DNA from: Candidatus Heimdallarchaeum endolithica
GTDB lineage: Archaea > Asgardarchaeota > Heimdallarchaeia > Heimdallarchaeales > Heimdallarchaeaceae
Direction of reading: 5' to 3'
Assembly (NCBI GenBank): GCA_021513715.1
Contig: CP084167.1
Location: forward strand, 960,001-1,024,000
DNA: 64,000 bases
In this document: positions 1-11,254 of the stretch, piece by piece
Layout of the letters: every line of letters begins with the position of its first letter
Position numbering within the stretch: the stretch's first letter is position 1
Notes under the pieces: generated by a model
What the model was told of the DNA's origin: nothing
What the model saw: the letters and a program-made list of their open reading frames with translations, nothing else
Databases searched by the model: none
Position numbers and translations under genes: made by a program

Positions 1-42
1 ACAAAAATATATTTCTAAATACAAAAAAGAATATTAGAATAA

Positions 43-50
43 TTTATAAA
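43..50 (+). promoter_or_regulatory. Archaeal TATA box, probable leaderless transcript
   Basis: TTTATAAA ending 24 nt before the ATG at 74; similar spacing upstream of several other genes. Confidence 0.5.
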
Positions 51-73
51 TCCAACTTAGTTACTCAAAAACA

Positions 74-1549
74 ATGAACAAACTAGGTTCTGGTTTTATT
101 TTTATATCTGCATCTCAAATGATAACAGTTCTTGGCGGACTTATCATTAACATTTTTCTCTCACGATATTTAGGAAAAGAAGGATATGGAATATACAGCT
201 TAATTATTTCAGGTATAATGATGGTAGGTATCACCTTAGTTACAAATGGTTTTCCTCAAACGCTCTCAAAATATATATCTGAAGGAAAATATGAGCTAAA
301 AGCATTCATAACAAAAATGCTTTTAATGCAAATAATAGAATCATTAATAATTCTTATCTTATATATTGCTTTCAGCCCGATATTATCAATAATATTAAAA
401 GAAGATGATCTTTTTGGTTATTTACTAATTGCTTCTTTCATTATACCGACTCAAGCTATTGTTTCCTTTCTAGTTGGCTTATATAATGGGCTTCGCATGT
501 TTGGAAATCAAGCTGCTCTTGTTTCTTTGTTTTCATTTTTTAAAGTAACTTGTATTATTTCTTTTACTTATTTATTTGGAATCAAAGGTGCAATTTTTGG
601 CTTTTTTATGTCGACATTATTAGTAAGTCTGTTATTTGTTTTTAAAGCAAGAAAATATTTTACTAGAAGATTTAATTTTATTGTTATAAAAGATATTATG
701 CCATTTTTTTTAAGAATTACTTTATTCAGCATTGAATTGAGTTTACTTCTTTCATTAGACCTAAATTGTTTAAAATTGTTCTTAAACTATAATCAAAATG
801 AGCAATTGGGAATTTACAGTGCAGGGGCTGTTATAGCAAAGACAAGTTTTTTTCTTATAATATCTTTCTCAGGGGTTATGTTCCCTATTATTTCAAATTT
901 ACTTGCTAATGATAAATTAAATGAAGCTCAGCAACAGATAGGAAATATGATAAAAATATCATCTGTATTTCTGTTGCCTATAGTGACAACTTTAGTTTTT
1001 TTAAGTCCAATTTTAGTTAATCTATTCTATGGAGTTGAATATTCATCTTCTTCATCTATAGTTTCTATTTTGGTTTTTAGTTATTCAATTCTAGGTTACT
1101 TTGTGATCTTTGCAAATATTTTAAATAGTATTGGAGAAGTCAAAACAATAAATATTATATCTATAATTACAATTGCAATAGATATAGTTTTATTATATTT
1201 TTTAATTAAAGCACTATCAATTAAAGGAGCAGCAATTGCAACTACAATTTCAAGTTCAATTGGATTGATTAGCCTAATTATAATACTCTTACAAAAAATA
1301 GGTATTAAGATGGAGACAATGTCAATTTTACGGATTTCGATTATAGGTTTGATTATTTTTGGTATATCTAATGCCTTTTTAGTTTTTTTAACAAAAAATG
1401 TCATATTCTGGATTGGAATTCTGATAATCGAAACAATACTTTATTTTACTGTTTTGCACTTTACCAATGATTTCTATGTTTTACACGTTATCAGAGAATA
1501 TTATAGCAAATACTTGAAATGGTTAAAAAATCAACGAAAGAATAATTAA
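74..1549 (+). CDS. Wzx/MOP-family oligosaccharide flippase
   Basis: 491 aa, ~12-14 hydrophobic segments; 'SRYLGKEGYGIY', 'LGIYSAG', 'IKGAAIAT' typical of Wzx; glycan context. Confidence 0.85.
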   Translation: MNKLGSGFIFISASQMITVLGGLIINIFLSRYLGKEGYGIYSLIISGIMMVGITLVTNGFPQTLSKYISEGKYELKAFITKMLLMQIIESLIILILYIAFSPILSIILKEDDLFGYLLIASFIIPTQAIVSFLVGLYNGLRMFGNQAALVSLFSFFKVTCIISFTYLFGIKGAIFGFFMSTLLVSLLFVFKARKYFTRRFNFIVIKDIMPFFLRITLFSIELSLLLSLDLNCLKLFLNYNQNEQLGIYSAGAVIAKTSFFLIISFSGVMFPIISNLLANDKLNEAQQQIGNMIKISSVFLLPIVTTLVFLSPILVNLFYGVEYSSSSSIVSILVFSYSILGYFVIFANILNSIGEVKTINIISIITIAIDIVLLYFLIKALSIKGAAIATTISSSIGLISLIIILLQKIGIKMETMSILRISIIGLIIFGISNAFLVFLTKNVIFWIGILIIETILYFTVLHFTNDFYVLHVIREYYSKYLKWLKNQRKNN

Positions 1550-1616
1550 AAAAATTATGTTACAACATCTATGCCAAAGAACTAATGTGGAAATTCATGT
1601 TTTTCATTTTTTCAAA

Positions 1617-2630
1617 TTATCCCCGTCCCATATACTTTATTGTACGGAAAATAGGCCTAAACGACTGATATTTGAAAATTTCTTTATCGCTCACTTTTCT
1701 GCTTTTCTGTACTTGTTTTCTTGCTTCAAAACATTTGTTTAGATTTTTAAAAAAATAGACATACGCACTAATTGTAGCTTTTAAAATGTCCTTTCTTACT
1801 ATCGAATAAATAACTTTTGTGAAACATAGAATAAAGTAAATAGGTAAAAGAAGCAATAATGACTTTAACGAAAGATTTTTTGTTAAGACATACAAGCAGC
1901 TAAACTCCCTATGATACACTTTAAAAGGATTCTTTTTCTTACCTGTAGAAACACTTAATTTATGAAATGCAAAAGCATTTTTTACGATATGTATTTTATG
2001 ATTGGATAGTCTTACTCTCCAGCTTATATCAACATCATCCCAATATAGAAAAATATTTTCATCAAAGTAATTAACTTCTTTTAATACTCTAGAAGTAACG
2101 AGAAAACATGAACCTGGAGCAGAAAAAAATTTATTATTTATTTCGTTCTTTATATCTGAATAATTTTTATTAAAGCCTTTATCATTTGAAAATCCAAAAA
2201 CGCAGAATTCACCACCAATTGAATTTATCAGGTTTTCATTTTTGTTGCTATATAAAAAAATAACCGGAAAAACAATACCAATCGATTTATTACTTTTAAT
2301 ATGAACTATTAGTTTTTCTATTGTGTTGGGTTCAATTATAACATCATTATTTAGAATTAAAAAATAATTTGAACCTAATTTTTCTGCATATTTTATACCA
2401 ATGTTATTACCATAGCCATAACCACCATTTCTTTCAGAACGTACTAGTATGACTTTTTCATAGCTGTTAAATCTTTGTTTTAGTGTGCTATAGACTTCCT
2501 CTTTAGAACCATTATCAACTAAAATGATGTTAAAATTCTTATAAGTACTAACAAGAACCGATTCAATGCATTCAATAGTATCTTTTATATTATTATAATT
2601 AACAATAATAACGCTTAACTTTACATTCAT
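1617..2630 (-). CDS. GT2 glycosyltransferase (rhamnosyltransferase-like)
   Basis: SVIIVNYN, VDNGS, N.GYGYGNN, LILNND, FLYWDDVD; downstream of rml genes. Confidence 0.9.
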   Translation of the reverse strand: MNVKLSVIIVNYNNIKDTIECIESVLVSTYKNFNIILVDNGSKEEVYSTLKQRFNSYEKVILVRSERNGGYGYGNNIGIKYAEKLGSNYFLILNNDVIIEPNTIEKLIVHIKSNKSIGIVFPVIFLYSNKNENLINSIGGEFCVFGFSNDKGFNKNYSDIKNEINNKFFSAPGSCFLVTSRVLKEVNYFDENIFLYWDDVDISWRVRLSNHKIHIVKNAFAFHKLSVSTGKKKNPFKVYHREFSCLYVLTKNLSLKSLLLLLPIYFILCFTKVIYSIVRKDILKATISAYVYFFKNLNKCFEARKQVQKSRKVSDKEIFKYQSFRPIFRTIKYMGRG

Positions 2631-2906
2631 AGAAGTTACATCCTATTCTTCTTAATAATTATTATAGCTTAACATTAAAAACTGAATTTATTATATAAAT
2701 GTACTTTTCTGGCAGTATATTCAATAATTATAATAGAAATTACTATCACTTTTCTAAAAACTTATACTCAGATAAGTTATGATTAACAATAAATGTTGCT
2801 TAAAGTAAAAAAACAGTTAAAAGTAAATTAGAGAATGAAGTACGAGTAAAAAACAAGGATTAAACAAAAAACATGAATAAAAACAAAAAATGATTGAAAT
2901 TTAATA

Positions 2907-3974
2907 TTATATTTTTTCGTTACTATAATCTTTATTTTTTTTCAAGTACTCTTTGGTTTCTATATTCTTTAACCATTCCTCATTTTTTAAATACCAATCT
3001 ATTGTTAGTTGAATACCTTCTTCAAAATCGATTGTTGAATACCAGTTCAGTTCATTTTTTATCTTTGAAATATCGATTGCATATCTTCTATCGTGCCCTA
3101 ATCTGTCTTTAACGTGTTTAATTAAAGTTTCATTAATTTTAGTATCTTTCGTTTTCTCTGATAAATAAGAAATTATTTTTTTTACAACATATATATTCTT
3201 TCTCTCATTTTGTGCACCAATGTTATATATTTCACCTACCTTTCCTTTTTCAAATACCAAATCGATTGCTCTACAATGATCTGTGACATAAATCCAATCT
3301 CTTACTTGATTTCCATCTCCATATACAGGTAGATCCTTATGGTTCAATGCATTTTGTATCATTAACGGAATTAATTTTTCTGGAAATTGGTAGGGACCGT
3401 AGTTGTTAGAACATCTAGTAATATTTACTGGCATCTTATATGTATCAAAGTAAGCTTTTACTATTAAATCTGCAGATGCTTTACTTGCTGAATAAGGACT
3501 ATGTGGATCAAGAGGAGTTTTTTCTGTAAAAGCACCTGTAGGACCTAGAGAACCATATACTTCATCTGTTGATATTTGTAAGAATTTTTTATTTTCTATC
3601 CATTCTTCATTGTGATACCAATATTTCTTGCATATTTCAAGAAGTGTATGTGTGCCTAAAATATTTGTTTGGAGAAATATTTGTGGATTATCGATGGATC
3701 TATCAACATGGGATTCTGCAGCAAAATTAATAACTCCATCTATATCTTTATAGGTTTCAAATATTTTCTTTAATAACTCAAAATTATTAATATCCCCTTT
3801 AATAAAAGTAAACCTTGACTTTTGATCTTCTGATAAATTGTTCCAATTTTCGACGTTACCAGCATAAGTAAGTTTGTCGATACCAATTATTTCTCTATCA
3901 GGATATTTATCTAGGTAATAATAAAGAAAATTACTTCCAATAAATCCTGCAACTCCAGTTACTAATATTTTCAT
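2907..3974 (-). CDS. rmlB: dTDP-glucose 4,6-dehydratase
   Basis: TGVAGFIGSN, NFAAESHVDRS, ISTDEVYG, PYSASKA, CSNNYGPYQFPEKLIP; start set at MKILVTG. Confidence 0.97.
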   Translation of the reverse strand: MKILVTGVAGFIGSNFLYYYLDKYPDREIIGIDKLTYAGNVENWNNLSEDQKSRFTFIKGDINNFELLKKIFETYKDIDGVINFAAESHVDRSIDNPQIFLQTNILGTHTLLEICKKYWYHNEEWIENKKFLQISTDEVYGSLGPTGAFTEKTPLDPHSPYSASKASADLIVKAYFDTYKMPVNITRCSNNYGPYQFPEKLIPLMIQNALNHKDLPVYGDGNQVRDWIYVTDHCRAIDLVFEKGKVGEIYNIGAQNERKNIYVVKKIISYLSEKTKDTKINETLIKHVKDRLGHDRRYAIDISKIKNELNWYSTIDFEEGIQLTIDWYLKNEEWLKNIETKEYLKKNKDYSNEKI

Positions 3975-3997
3975 TTTTAATATTTCCTCCATGTTTT

Positions 3998-4846
3998 TTA
4001 TTTAATCAATCCAATTTCTTTTAAAAAATTATTAGTAGCATCTTGCCAAGAAGGTAGTTTATATCCAATTACCTCTTCCAAACCAAATGAGTCTAAAACC
4101 GATAAAAAAGGTCTTTTAGCTGGTGTATGAAACTCATGAGAAAGAGCAGGAAGAAGCTCTCCTTCCCAGTTTATTTTGTCTAATATATATTTAGCCCATT
4201 GATATCGTGAACAATATCCAGAATTTGTCATATGATACAATCCATAATTTTCTGTTTTTATCAGGTTATAAGTTGCTTTTACAATATCGTTTGTATAACT
4301 TGGCGATGATATCTGATCAATAACGATCCTTAGTTTATTTTTATTTCTACTCCATTTTATAGTTTTAGTTATGAAGTTATCATTCCCTTTCCCAAAAACC
4401 CAGCTTAATCTTACTAGAAAAAATCTATTAGCTATATTTTGCACATTCCTTTCTCCAAGTGCTTTACTTTCTCCGTATTTTGAAATTGGAGATGGTTTAT
4501 CATAAATTGTATAGAGAAAACCTTTATGTCCATCAAAAACATAATCTGTAGAATAATGGACAAGTACAGCCTTTAATTCATTCGCAAGTAAAGCTAAGTT
4601 TTTTGGACCAAGCCCATTTATTCGATAAGCAGATTGCCAATCATTTTCAGCGTTATCTACAGCATTATAGGCAGCACAATTAATAATTATATCAATATCT
4701 TTATTTGAAACATATTCTCGCAGTTTTTTAAAATTTGTAATATCTAATTCGACATCGGTTGCAAAAAAATTAATCCCTTCTTTTTTAAAAAAGGTTTGGA
4801 ATGATTGACCTAATTGACCTTTTGATCCTGTAATTAATATTCCCAT
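3998..4846 (-). CDS. rmlD: dTDP-4-dehydrorhamnose reductase
   Basis: GSKGQLG, NCAAYNAVD, STDYVFDG, YGESK. Confidence 0.96.
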   Translation of the reverse strand: MGILITGSKGQLGQSFQTFFKKEGINFFATDVELDITNFKKLREYVSNKDIDIIINCAAYNAVDNAENDWQSAYRINGLGPKNLALLANELKAVLVHYSTDYVFDGHKGFLYTIYDKPSPISKYGESKALGERNVQNIANRFFLVRLSWVFGKGNDNFITKTIKWSRNKNKLRIVIDQISSPSYTNDIVKATYNLIKTENYGLYHMTNSGYCSRYQWAKYILDKINWEGELLPALSHEFHTPAKRPFLSVLDSFGLEEVIGYKLPSWQDATNNFLKEIGLIK

Positions 4847-4993
4847 ATAAGCACTATTAAATTTCCATAAATATATTTTTTGTTTGATTTTTTTGAATTA
4901 CTAAAATGTAACTCGTTATTTAAAAAATTTTCTCAAATGATAGTATATATTCATTTTTTGGATACATGTATTTTTTAGTCTTAATTTCTTAAA

Positions 4994-5569
4994 TTAGCCC
5001 TTCTTATATTCAAAAGGTGATTCAATATCTTTCAAGAATGGTAAATTAGAATCTTTCTCTGAAAGAATTAATCTTGAATCTTCAATCTTGTCTAAAGGCC
5101 ATTTAATGTTTATATCTGGATCATTCCACCTGATTCCTCTATCATAAGCAGAATAATAATAATCAGTTGTTTTGTAAACAAATTCAGATTCTTCAAGAGC
5201 AAGAAAACCATGAGCAAAACCTTCTGGAATATAAAACATACGTTTGTTTTTTTCAGAGAGTTCTACACCATAATACTGACCAAAATTGGGAGAGCCAACT
5301 CTTAAATCTACAGCAACATCAAACACTCTTCCTTTAATTACACGTACTAATTTTCCTTGAGGATGTTTGGATTGATAATGTAACCCCCGTAGAACTCCTT
5401 TTGAAGATTTAGAGTGGTTATCTTGAACAAAATCAACGTCTAAACCAATCTTAGTAAACTCTCTTTTATTATAAGTTTCCATAAAAAATCCTCTTTCGTC
5501 GCTAAAAATTGCGGGTTCAATAATAAATACCCCGTCTAATGTTGTTTTAATTTTATTAAATTTTATCAT
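4994..5569 (-). CDS. rmlC: dTDP-4-dehydrorhamnose 3,5-epimerase
   Basis: DERGFFME, QDNHSKS..GVLRGLHYQ, IPEGFAHGF. Confidence 0.97.
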   Translation of the reverse strand: MIKFNKIKTTLDGVFIIEPAIFSDERGFFMETYNKREFTKIGLDVDFVQDNHSKSSKGVLRGLHYQSKHPQGKLVRVIKGRVFDVAVDLRVGSPNFGQYYGVELSEKNKRMFYIPEGFAHGFLALEESEFVYKTTDYYYSAYDRGIRWNDPDINIKWPLDKIEDSRLILSEKDSNLPFLKDIESPFEYKKG

Positions 5570-5713
5570 ATTACCACCTTAAAGCTTTACTACAAATTTA
5601 GATTATTTTTATTTCATAATTATTTTTATTACATAGTCACTGTTTTGCTATTAAATAAATTGATTATATTGTATTTATTTGTTGCATTATTATTACATGT
5701 AGCTAAAAGTTTT

Positions 5714-6577
5714 TTAAATAAGACTTAATAAATACCGTCCATAATCAGAATTTGAGTGCTCTTTTGCTAAATGTTCAAGTTGTTCATCGTCAATATATCC
5801 AAGTCTATATGCGATTTCTTCTAAACAAGCAATATAATATCCTTGTCTTTTTTGAATAGCTGCAACAAAATTACTAGCTTCTATCAAACCATCAAATGTT
5901 CCAGTATCAAACCAAGCTAATCCACGGCCTAACAATTCAACTTTCAACTTACCTCTTTTTAAATATTCAATATTAAGATCAGTAATTTCCAACTCTCCTC
6001 GAGGAGATGGTTTAAGATTCTCAGCAAACTTAATTACATTATTATCATAGAAATATAAACCAGGGATAGCATAGTTTGATTTTGGAAAAGCTGGTTTCTC
6101 TTCTAAGGAGATAACATCCATTGTTTCTTCATCGAATTCTACAACACCAAAAGCAGTTGGATTATTAACATAGTAGCCAAAGATTAATGCTCCTTCCTTT
6201 AAAGTGGCTGCTTTTCTTAAAATTGAAGAAAAACCTTGACCATAAAAGATATTATCACCTAAAATTAATGCAACATTATCAGAACCAATAAATTCTTTAC
6301 CAACAATAAAAGCATCAGCTAAACCTCTTGGTTTTTCTTGGATTTTATAGGAAAACTGAACACCAAGTTGAGAACCATCTTTTAATAAGTTCTTGTAGTC
6401 TGTAATATCTCTTGCAGTTGAGATAATTAAAATATCTTTTATCCCTGCAAGAAGAAGTGAAGACAGTGAGTAATAAATCATAGGTTTGTCATAAACTGGC
6501 AGAATTTGCTTTGAAATTGCTTTTGTTATAGGATATAATCTTGTTCCTGCTCCTCCTGCTAATACAATCCCTTTCAT
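5714..6577 (-). CDS. rmlA: Glucose-1-phosphate thymidylyltransferase
   Basis: [44 protein letters not shown]. Confidence 0.97.
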   Translation of the reverse strand: MKGIVLAGGAGTRLYPITKAISKQILPVYDKPMIYYSLSSLLLAGIKDILIISTARDITDYKNLLKDGSQLGVQFSYKIQEKPRGLADAFIVGKEFIGSDNVALILGDNIFYGQGFSSILRKAATLKEGALIFGYYVNNPTAFGVVEFDEETMDVISLEEKPAFPKSNYAIPGLYFYDNNVIKFAENLKPSPRGELEITDLNIEYLKRGKLKVELLGRGLAWFDTGTFDGLIEASNFVAAIQKRQGYYIACLEEIAYRLGYIDDEQLEHLAKEHSNSDYGRYLLSLI

Positions 6578-6630
6578 TTCGATTATAAGGAGAAGTACCC
6601 TATACTATAAAGTTTTCGTAAGCACTAATC

Positions 6631-7393
6631 TGTAGTGTCTAGTTTTTATACCACCTCCTAGGTAAAAAGGAACTAAGGGGAGGATGTCCCAAGCTCTGAT
6701 GAGGACGAACGAAATTATAATGGAGCATAAAGAGAGTAAGAAAACCAGAAAGATGAGTAGAGCCATAGACGGCACGGATAGGACAAGTGCAGTGGAGAAT
6801 AGAATGAAACCAACGATAACTCTTAAGGGTGGCATTAAAACGTTCAATATAGGAGCGTAAACCACCTTTGATAACGGAGATTTTGATACCTAGACGAAGT
6901 AAGACAGGATACCATACCCCTGCATCTGTAACGACAATACGAGGCTTAAAACCCCAACATTTGAACCAATAACGGAAAGTTAGTAAACATTCAAGATTAC
7001 TCCGTCCTTTAGTAATACTAAAACCCAGTAAAGTCTTGTTGTAAGGATCTAACGCGAACCACAGATATATTGAGCCTTGAGAGGTCCTAATCTCTGTTTC
7101 ATCTACTACTATAATCTCTGGTATTCCCCCTCTCTCTGCTACAATTCTATGTAAACTTTCCCTAAAGAGCCTGAACTTCTTTACCCAATACAATAATGTT
7201 TGATGCGTTAAACCATTCTTCCATGCTACTGTCCTCAACCCATTCTTTGAACCAATATATTCATAAATAGCTTTTATTATTATTTTTTTGGGGACTCTGC
7301 ATCTCTTAAAAAGAGCAGATAGTTTTTGTGTTTTCATATCTTACTATTAGAGTCCCCACAAATATTTTTGTCGGAAGAAAACTAGACACTACC
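6631..7393 (-). mobile_element. IS6-family insertion sequence, apparently intact
   Basis: TIRs (t/g)GTAGTGTCTAGTTTT at 6631-6646 and 7378-7393; direct repeat GCACTAATC at 6622-6630 and 7394-7402. Confidence 0.9.
6639..7337 (-). CDS. IS6-family DDE transposase
   Basis: 232 aa; VVDET, VTDAG.WY, IERFNATLK, YNFVRPHQSL. Confidence 0.88.
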   Translation of the reverse strand: MKTQKLSALFKRCRVPKKIIIKAIYEYIGSKNGLRTVAWKNGLTHQTLLYWVKKFRLFRESLHRIVAERGGIPEIIVVDETEIRTSQGSIYLWFALDPYNKTLLGFSITKGRSNLECLLTFRYWFKCWGFKPRIVVTDAGVWYPVLLRLGIKISVIKGGLRSYIERFNATLKSYRWFHSILHCTCPIRAVYGSTHLSGFLTLFMLHYNFVRPHQSLGHPPLSSFLPRRWYKN

Positions 7394-7499
7394 GCACTAA
7401 TCTATGTGAAAAATCAATAATAAAAAGTAACATTTTAGCAATGAAGATTAAAATAAAGAATTAATAAATCTTTAAAAAGGTCAAAGAGAGATTGTCATA

Positions 7500-8195
7500 T
7501 TAAATTTTGAACAGTTCTTCTGCTAGTATTTCAGACAATTTAAGATCAATGATATTGTCGATGTCTATTGATCGTTCTAAAGGCATTTCATAATATGTAG
7601 AATGTTCTTCTTTTAAAAAAACTGAATCTTTTAGAAATTTTTGGACATAAACAGTATATATTGCACCATTTATTCTATAAAACTTTGGAAAATCTTGTCT
7701 TCTAAAATATTCATTTTTATTGTTGAATAAAAATTTTATGTACTTATCCTCTTTTGACACTGCTAGAAAAGGATGTGGTTCAAATTCACAAATTGAAATG
7801 CATGAATGGAAACTTCCTGAACATAAAAGTTCTATAGTTTTATCTACATCTTCGCTAGTTCTTAAAGGACTTGTAGGTTGCAATAACACAAATATCTCAT
7901 AACCCTTTTTTATTTCCAAAGTATGTAATATTACATCTTTCATTGGAGAAGTATCTGAAGCAAGAGTTTCAGGGCGCTCAATGGTACAAATTTCATTTTT
8001 TTTACCAATTTCTATTGCTTTTTCATCATCAGTTGTAAGTACAATTTCATCAATATATTTACTTTTTTTTGCATGTAAAATCGACCATTCAATAAGTGTT
8101 CGATTCTTTAATACTTGTAGGTTTTTGTTTTTTATTCCTTTAGAACCCCTTCTTGCAGGAATAATAGCTAAGATGTGATAATTTTTGAATGTCAT
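7500..8195 (-). CDS. neuA: CMP-nonulosonate synthetase (acylneuraminate cytidylyltransferase)
   Basis: IIPARRGSKGIKNKN, LLQPTSPLR, NGAIY, SIDID. Confidence 0.93.
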   Translation of the reverse strand: MTFKNYHILAIIPARRGSKGIKNKNLQVLKNRTLIEWSILHAKKSKYIDEIVLTTDDEKAIEIGKKNEICTIERPETLASDTSPMKDVILHTLEIKKGYEIFVLLQPTSPLRTSEDVDKTIELLCSGSFHSCISICEFEPHPFLAVSKEDKYIKFLFNNKNEYFRRQDFPKFYRINGAIYTVYVQKFLKDSVFLKEEHSTYYEMPLERSIDIDNIIDLKLSEILAEELFKI

Positions 8196-8851
8196 TGCTG
8201 TCCATTCCTCTTTTTTTCTTTCGCTGGAACGCCTACAACTAAAGTTTGCTCTGGTACATCTCTAATTACTGCTGCTCCTGCTCCAATCATAGACCAAGAG
8301 CCAATTTTTAAGTTTTGTATAATACTTGCTCCAATTCCTATTTTTGAACCTTTTTTAACTTCAACATTTCCTGCAATGCCTACACTAGGAGCTATCGTAA
8401 CATAATCTTCTAATTTACAATCATGACCAATTACAGAGTTGTAATTAATAAGAACATGATTTCCAATCTTAACATCAGGTAATATTTTTACTCCTGGCGC
8501 AATAATGTTATCTGTACCAAGCTCAATAGTATCAAAATCAATAACTGCTAAAGGAGAAATAATATTTTCAAAAGGGAGACCTATTTTTTCTATTTTTTTC
8601 TTAACCTCTAATTTCACTTTTGGATTTCCCAAAGCAATAACACAATACCAATTTTTACCATAATACTCAAGTAAATGGTCAATATCTCCAGCTACTTTGA
8701 TTCCGTTAATGAATTTACCATGTAAATTTTTATTGTCGTCAAAAAATAAAATCTGATCAAACTTTTTATCAATTTGGTTAATTTGTCTAACATAAAATAG
8801 TGTCTCCTTCCCTTGACCTCCAGCACCAATAATAGCAATGTTTCTTCTCAT
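8192..8851 (-). CDS. NeuD/PglD-family sugar acetyltransferase
   Basis: GAGGQG N-terminus, hexapeptide repeats, GHDC, VGVPAK. Confidence 0.9.
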   Translation of the reverse strand: MRRNIAIIGAGGQGKETLFYVRQINQIDKKFDQILFFDDNKNLHGKFINGIKVAGDIDHLLEYYGKNWYCVIALGNPKVKLEVKKKIEKIGLPFENIISPLAVIDFDTIELGTDNIIAPGVKILPDVKIGNHVLINYNSVIGHDCKLEDYVTIAPSVGIAGNVEVKKGSKIGIGASIIQNLKIGSWSMIGAGAAVIRDVPEQTLVVGVPAKEKKRNGQQ

Positions 8852-8974
8852 ATAAAGAACGAAAAAAATACAGAAATATAAGTTTTAATGTTAAAAGAAT
8901 CTCAATGTCAAAAATTATTAATAAAAAATAAATTAAGAAACTTTTTAATTCCATCTATTATTTTCAATCTAGTG

Positions 8975-10009
8975 ATGAATAGCAATATTTTCAAAGAAAA
9001 AACAATATTAATTACTGGGGGAACAGGAACAATAGGTTCAGCTCTTTGTAAGGAATTACTAAAGTATAACCCTAAACAAATACGCATTTATAGTCGAGAT
9101 GATACAAAGCAGTTTGACTTAGCATCTGAATTAGATGAGTATGAAAATATTAGATATTTAATTGGAGATGTGAGAGATCGAGAACGGTTATTTAGAGCTA
9201 CAGAAGGAGTAGATTACATTTTTCATGTTGCTGCATTGAAACATGTTGGGATATGTGAATACAATCCTTTTGAAGCTATTAAAACCAATGTAATTGGAAC
9301 ACAGAATACAATAGATGCCGCAATAAAAAACAATATTGACAAATATCTTTTGATTAGTACTGATAAAGCTACAAATCCTACAAATACCATGGGAGCAACA
9401 AAACTTTTAGCTGAAAGATTGACAATATCTGCAAATTTATACAAGGGAGTTGCTGAAACAAAATTTTCTGTTGTGCGTTTTGGTAATGTGTTTTTTTCTA
9501 GAGGGTCAGTTATTCCTCTCTTCATTAAACAAATAAAAAAGAAAAAAGAGATTACGATTACAGATAAAGAAATGACACGCTTCATAATGTCAATTGAAGA
9601 AGCTGCAGAATTTGTAATATCATCGATGATACAATCAGTTGGCGGAGAAATTTTTATCAAAAAAATGAGGGCAATTCAAATTGATTCATTGGCTGAAGCA
9701 GTTATTGAAGTTGTTTTGAAGCAATTGAACATTGAAAAAAAGAGTATAAGAAAGAAGATAATGGGACAGAAACCAGGAGAAAGAAAGCACGAACTGTTAT
9801 TCACAGCTTATGAATCTCATAAATGTTATGAAATGGAAGATAGATATGTTATAATACCTGAACAATATTTAAGAGATAGAGATTACTCTATTTACCATAA
9901 TTATCCTAAAACAGGAGTTCTTGAACTATCATCAGAAAAGGTAGAACAAATAACTAAAGAAGAAATCAAAGAAATGCTAAAAAAAGAAATAGCCAAAATC
10001 AGTGAATAG
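8975..10009 (+). CDS. UDP-GlcNAc 4,6-dehydratase (PseB/CapE-like)
   Basis: TGGTGTIG, SRDDTKQ, AALKHV, STDKA.NP, MGATK, RFGNV..SRGSV; start set at MNSNIF. Confidence 0.88.
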   Translation: MNSNIFKEKTILITGGTGTIGSALCKELLKYNPKQIRIYSRDDTKQFDLASELDEYENIRYLIGDVRDRERLFRATEGVDYIFHVAALKHVGICEYNPFEAIKTNVIGTQNTIDAAIKNNIDKYLLISTDKATNPTNTMGATKLLAERLTISANLYKGVAETKFSVVRFGNVFFSRGSVIPLFIKQIKKKKEITITDKEMTRFIMSIEEAAEFVISSMIQSVGGEIFIKKMRAIQIDSLAEAVIEVVLKQLNIEKKSIRKKIMGQKPGERKHELLFTAYESHKCYEMEDRYVIIPEQYLRDRDYSIYHNYPKTGVLELSSEKVEQITKEEIKEMLKKEIAKISE

Positions 10010-10023
10010 TCACCAATCTTGAA

Positions 10024-11139
10024 CTAAATTTTATCTAAAACTCCTTTTATTAATAACATTTCTTCTTCTTTTATTTCTGGATGAAAAGGTAAAGACAAAA
10101 TTTCTTCTGAAACTCTTTCAGTATTTTGAAGAACAGGACTTTTTGTTCCAAAGAGTTTTTTATAAAAAGGAGATAGATGTACAGGATCAAAATAAATTTT
10201 GCTAGCAATTTTATGTTCCTTTAGAGTATCAATTACAATCTGCCTTTTACCTTCTTTAACAAAAATGCTATAAAGTTGATAAACATGGAAATAGCTTCTT
10301 GGAGGTTTTAGTGGCTCAATAAATGAAATATCATCTAACAAATTATTGTAATATTTTGCCTTTTCTTGTCTTTTTTTAATAATTAAATCAACTTTTTTTA
10401 ATTGTGAAACACCTAGTGCAGCCAAAATATTTGATAATCTAAAATTGTATCCAAGTTGAATATAAGAAAAACCATCATTTGAGGTAAAATAATTTGTTTT
10501 TTCTAATCTTCCATGAGACCTGATTAACTTAAGTTTTTCATAGATTTCTTCTGAATCAGTAACTATAGCTCCTCCTTCTCCTGTTGTAATTATCTTATTT
10601 TGGCAAAAACTTAACATTGCAGAATCTCCAAAAGAACCTACTTTTTTATCATTGATTCTTGCTCCAAAAGATTCTGCAGCATCTTCTAATAATAACAAAT
10701 TATAATCCTCTGCAATTTCCTTCAATTCCTTAATCTTACAAGGACAACCTGCATAATGAACAGGAATTATAGTTTTTGTTTTTGGAGTAATTTTTTCTAC
10801 TACGTCTTCAGGTTCAAGCCCTAGACACTCAAGTTCTATATCTGCAAAAACAGGTTTTCCTCCAGCCATTAATACAGAATTAGCAGTTGAAATGAAAGTG
10901 AAAGAAGGAACAATGACTTCGTCACCATTTTTTATACCATAAGCTAATAAAAGAGAAAACAACGCAGAAGTTCCAGAATTGAAACTTATAGCATAATTTC
11001 TTTCAAAATAGTTAGCAAGCATTTTTTCAAATGTATCATTGTATTCACCTATTGCCCAATTTTTTCCTGATTCAATTACATTTTTTACAATTTCAGAGTC
11101 TTCTTCATCGTGATAGATTCTAAAGAGTGGAATAGACAT
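10024..11139 (-). CDS. DegT/DnrJ/EryC1/StrS PLP aminotransferase
   Basis: NSGTSAL, EDAAESFG, SFCQNKIITTGEGG (PLP Lys); start set at MSIPLF. Confidence 0.92.
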   Translation of the reverse strand: MSIPLFRIYHDEEDSEIVKNVIESGKNWAIGEYNDTFEKMLANYFERNYAISFNSGTSALFSLLLAYGIKNGDEVIVPSFTFISTANSVLMAGGKPVFADIELECLGLEPEDVVEKITPKTKTIIPVHYAGCPCKIKELKEIAEDYNLLLLEDAAESFGARINDKKVGSFGDSAMLSFCQNKIITTGEGGAIVTDSEEIYEKLKLIRSHGRLEKTNYFTSNDGFSYIQLGYNFRLSNILAALGVSQLKKVDLIIKKRQEKAKYYNNLLDDISFIEPLKPPRSYFHVYQLYSIFVKEGKRQIVIDTLKEHKIASKIYFDPVHLSPFYKKLFGTKSPVLQNTERVSEEILSLPFHPEIKEEEMLLIKGVLDKI

Positions 11140-11203
11140 GAATTTGATTGTACTTTTATTCTTTTTACTTTTTCTATCTAAAGCCTTAAAATAAACTAAA
11201 ATT

Positions 11204-11227
11204 TCTAAATCTAAATCTAAATCTAAA
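11204..11227. repeat. TCTAAA hexamer tandem repeat (x4)
   Basis: tctaaatctaaatctaaatctaaa between the neuB stop and the aminotransferase start. Confidence 0.75.
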
Positions 11228-11254
11228 ATATTTGAATCATTGAAAAAATAGTAA

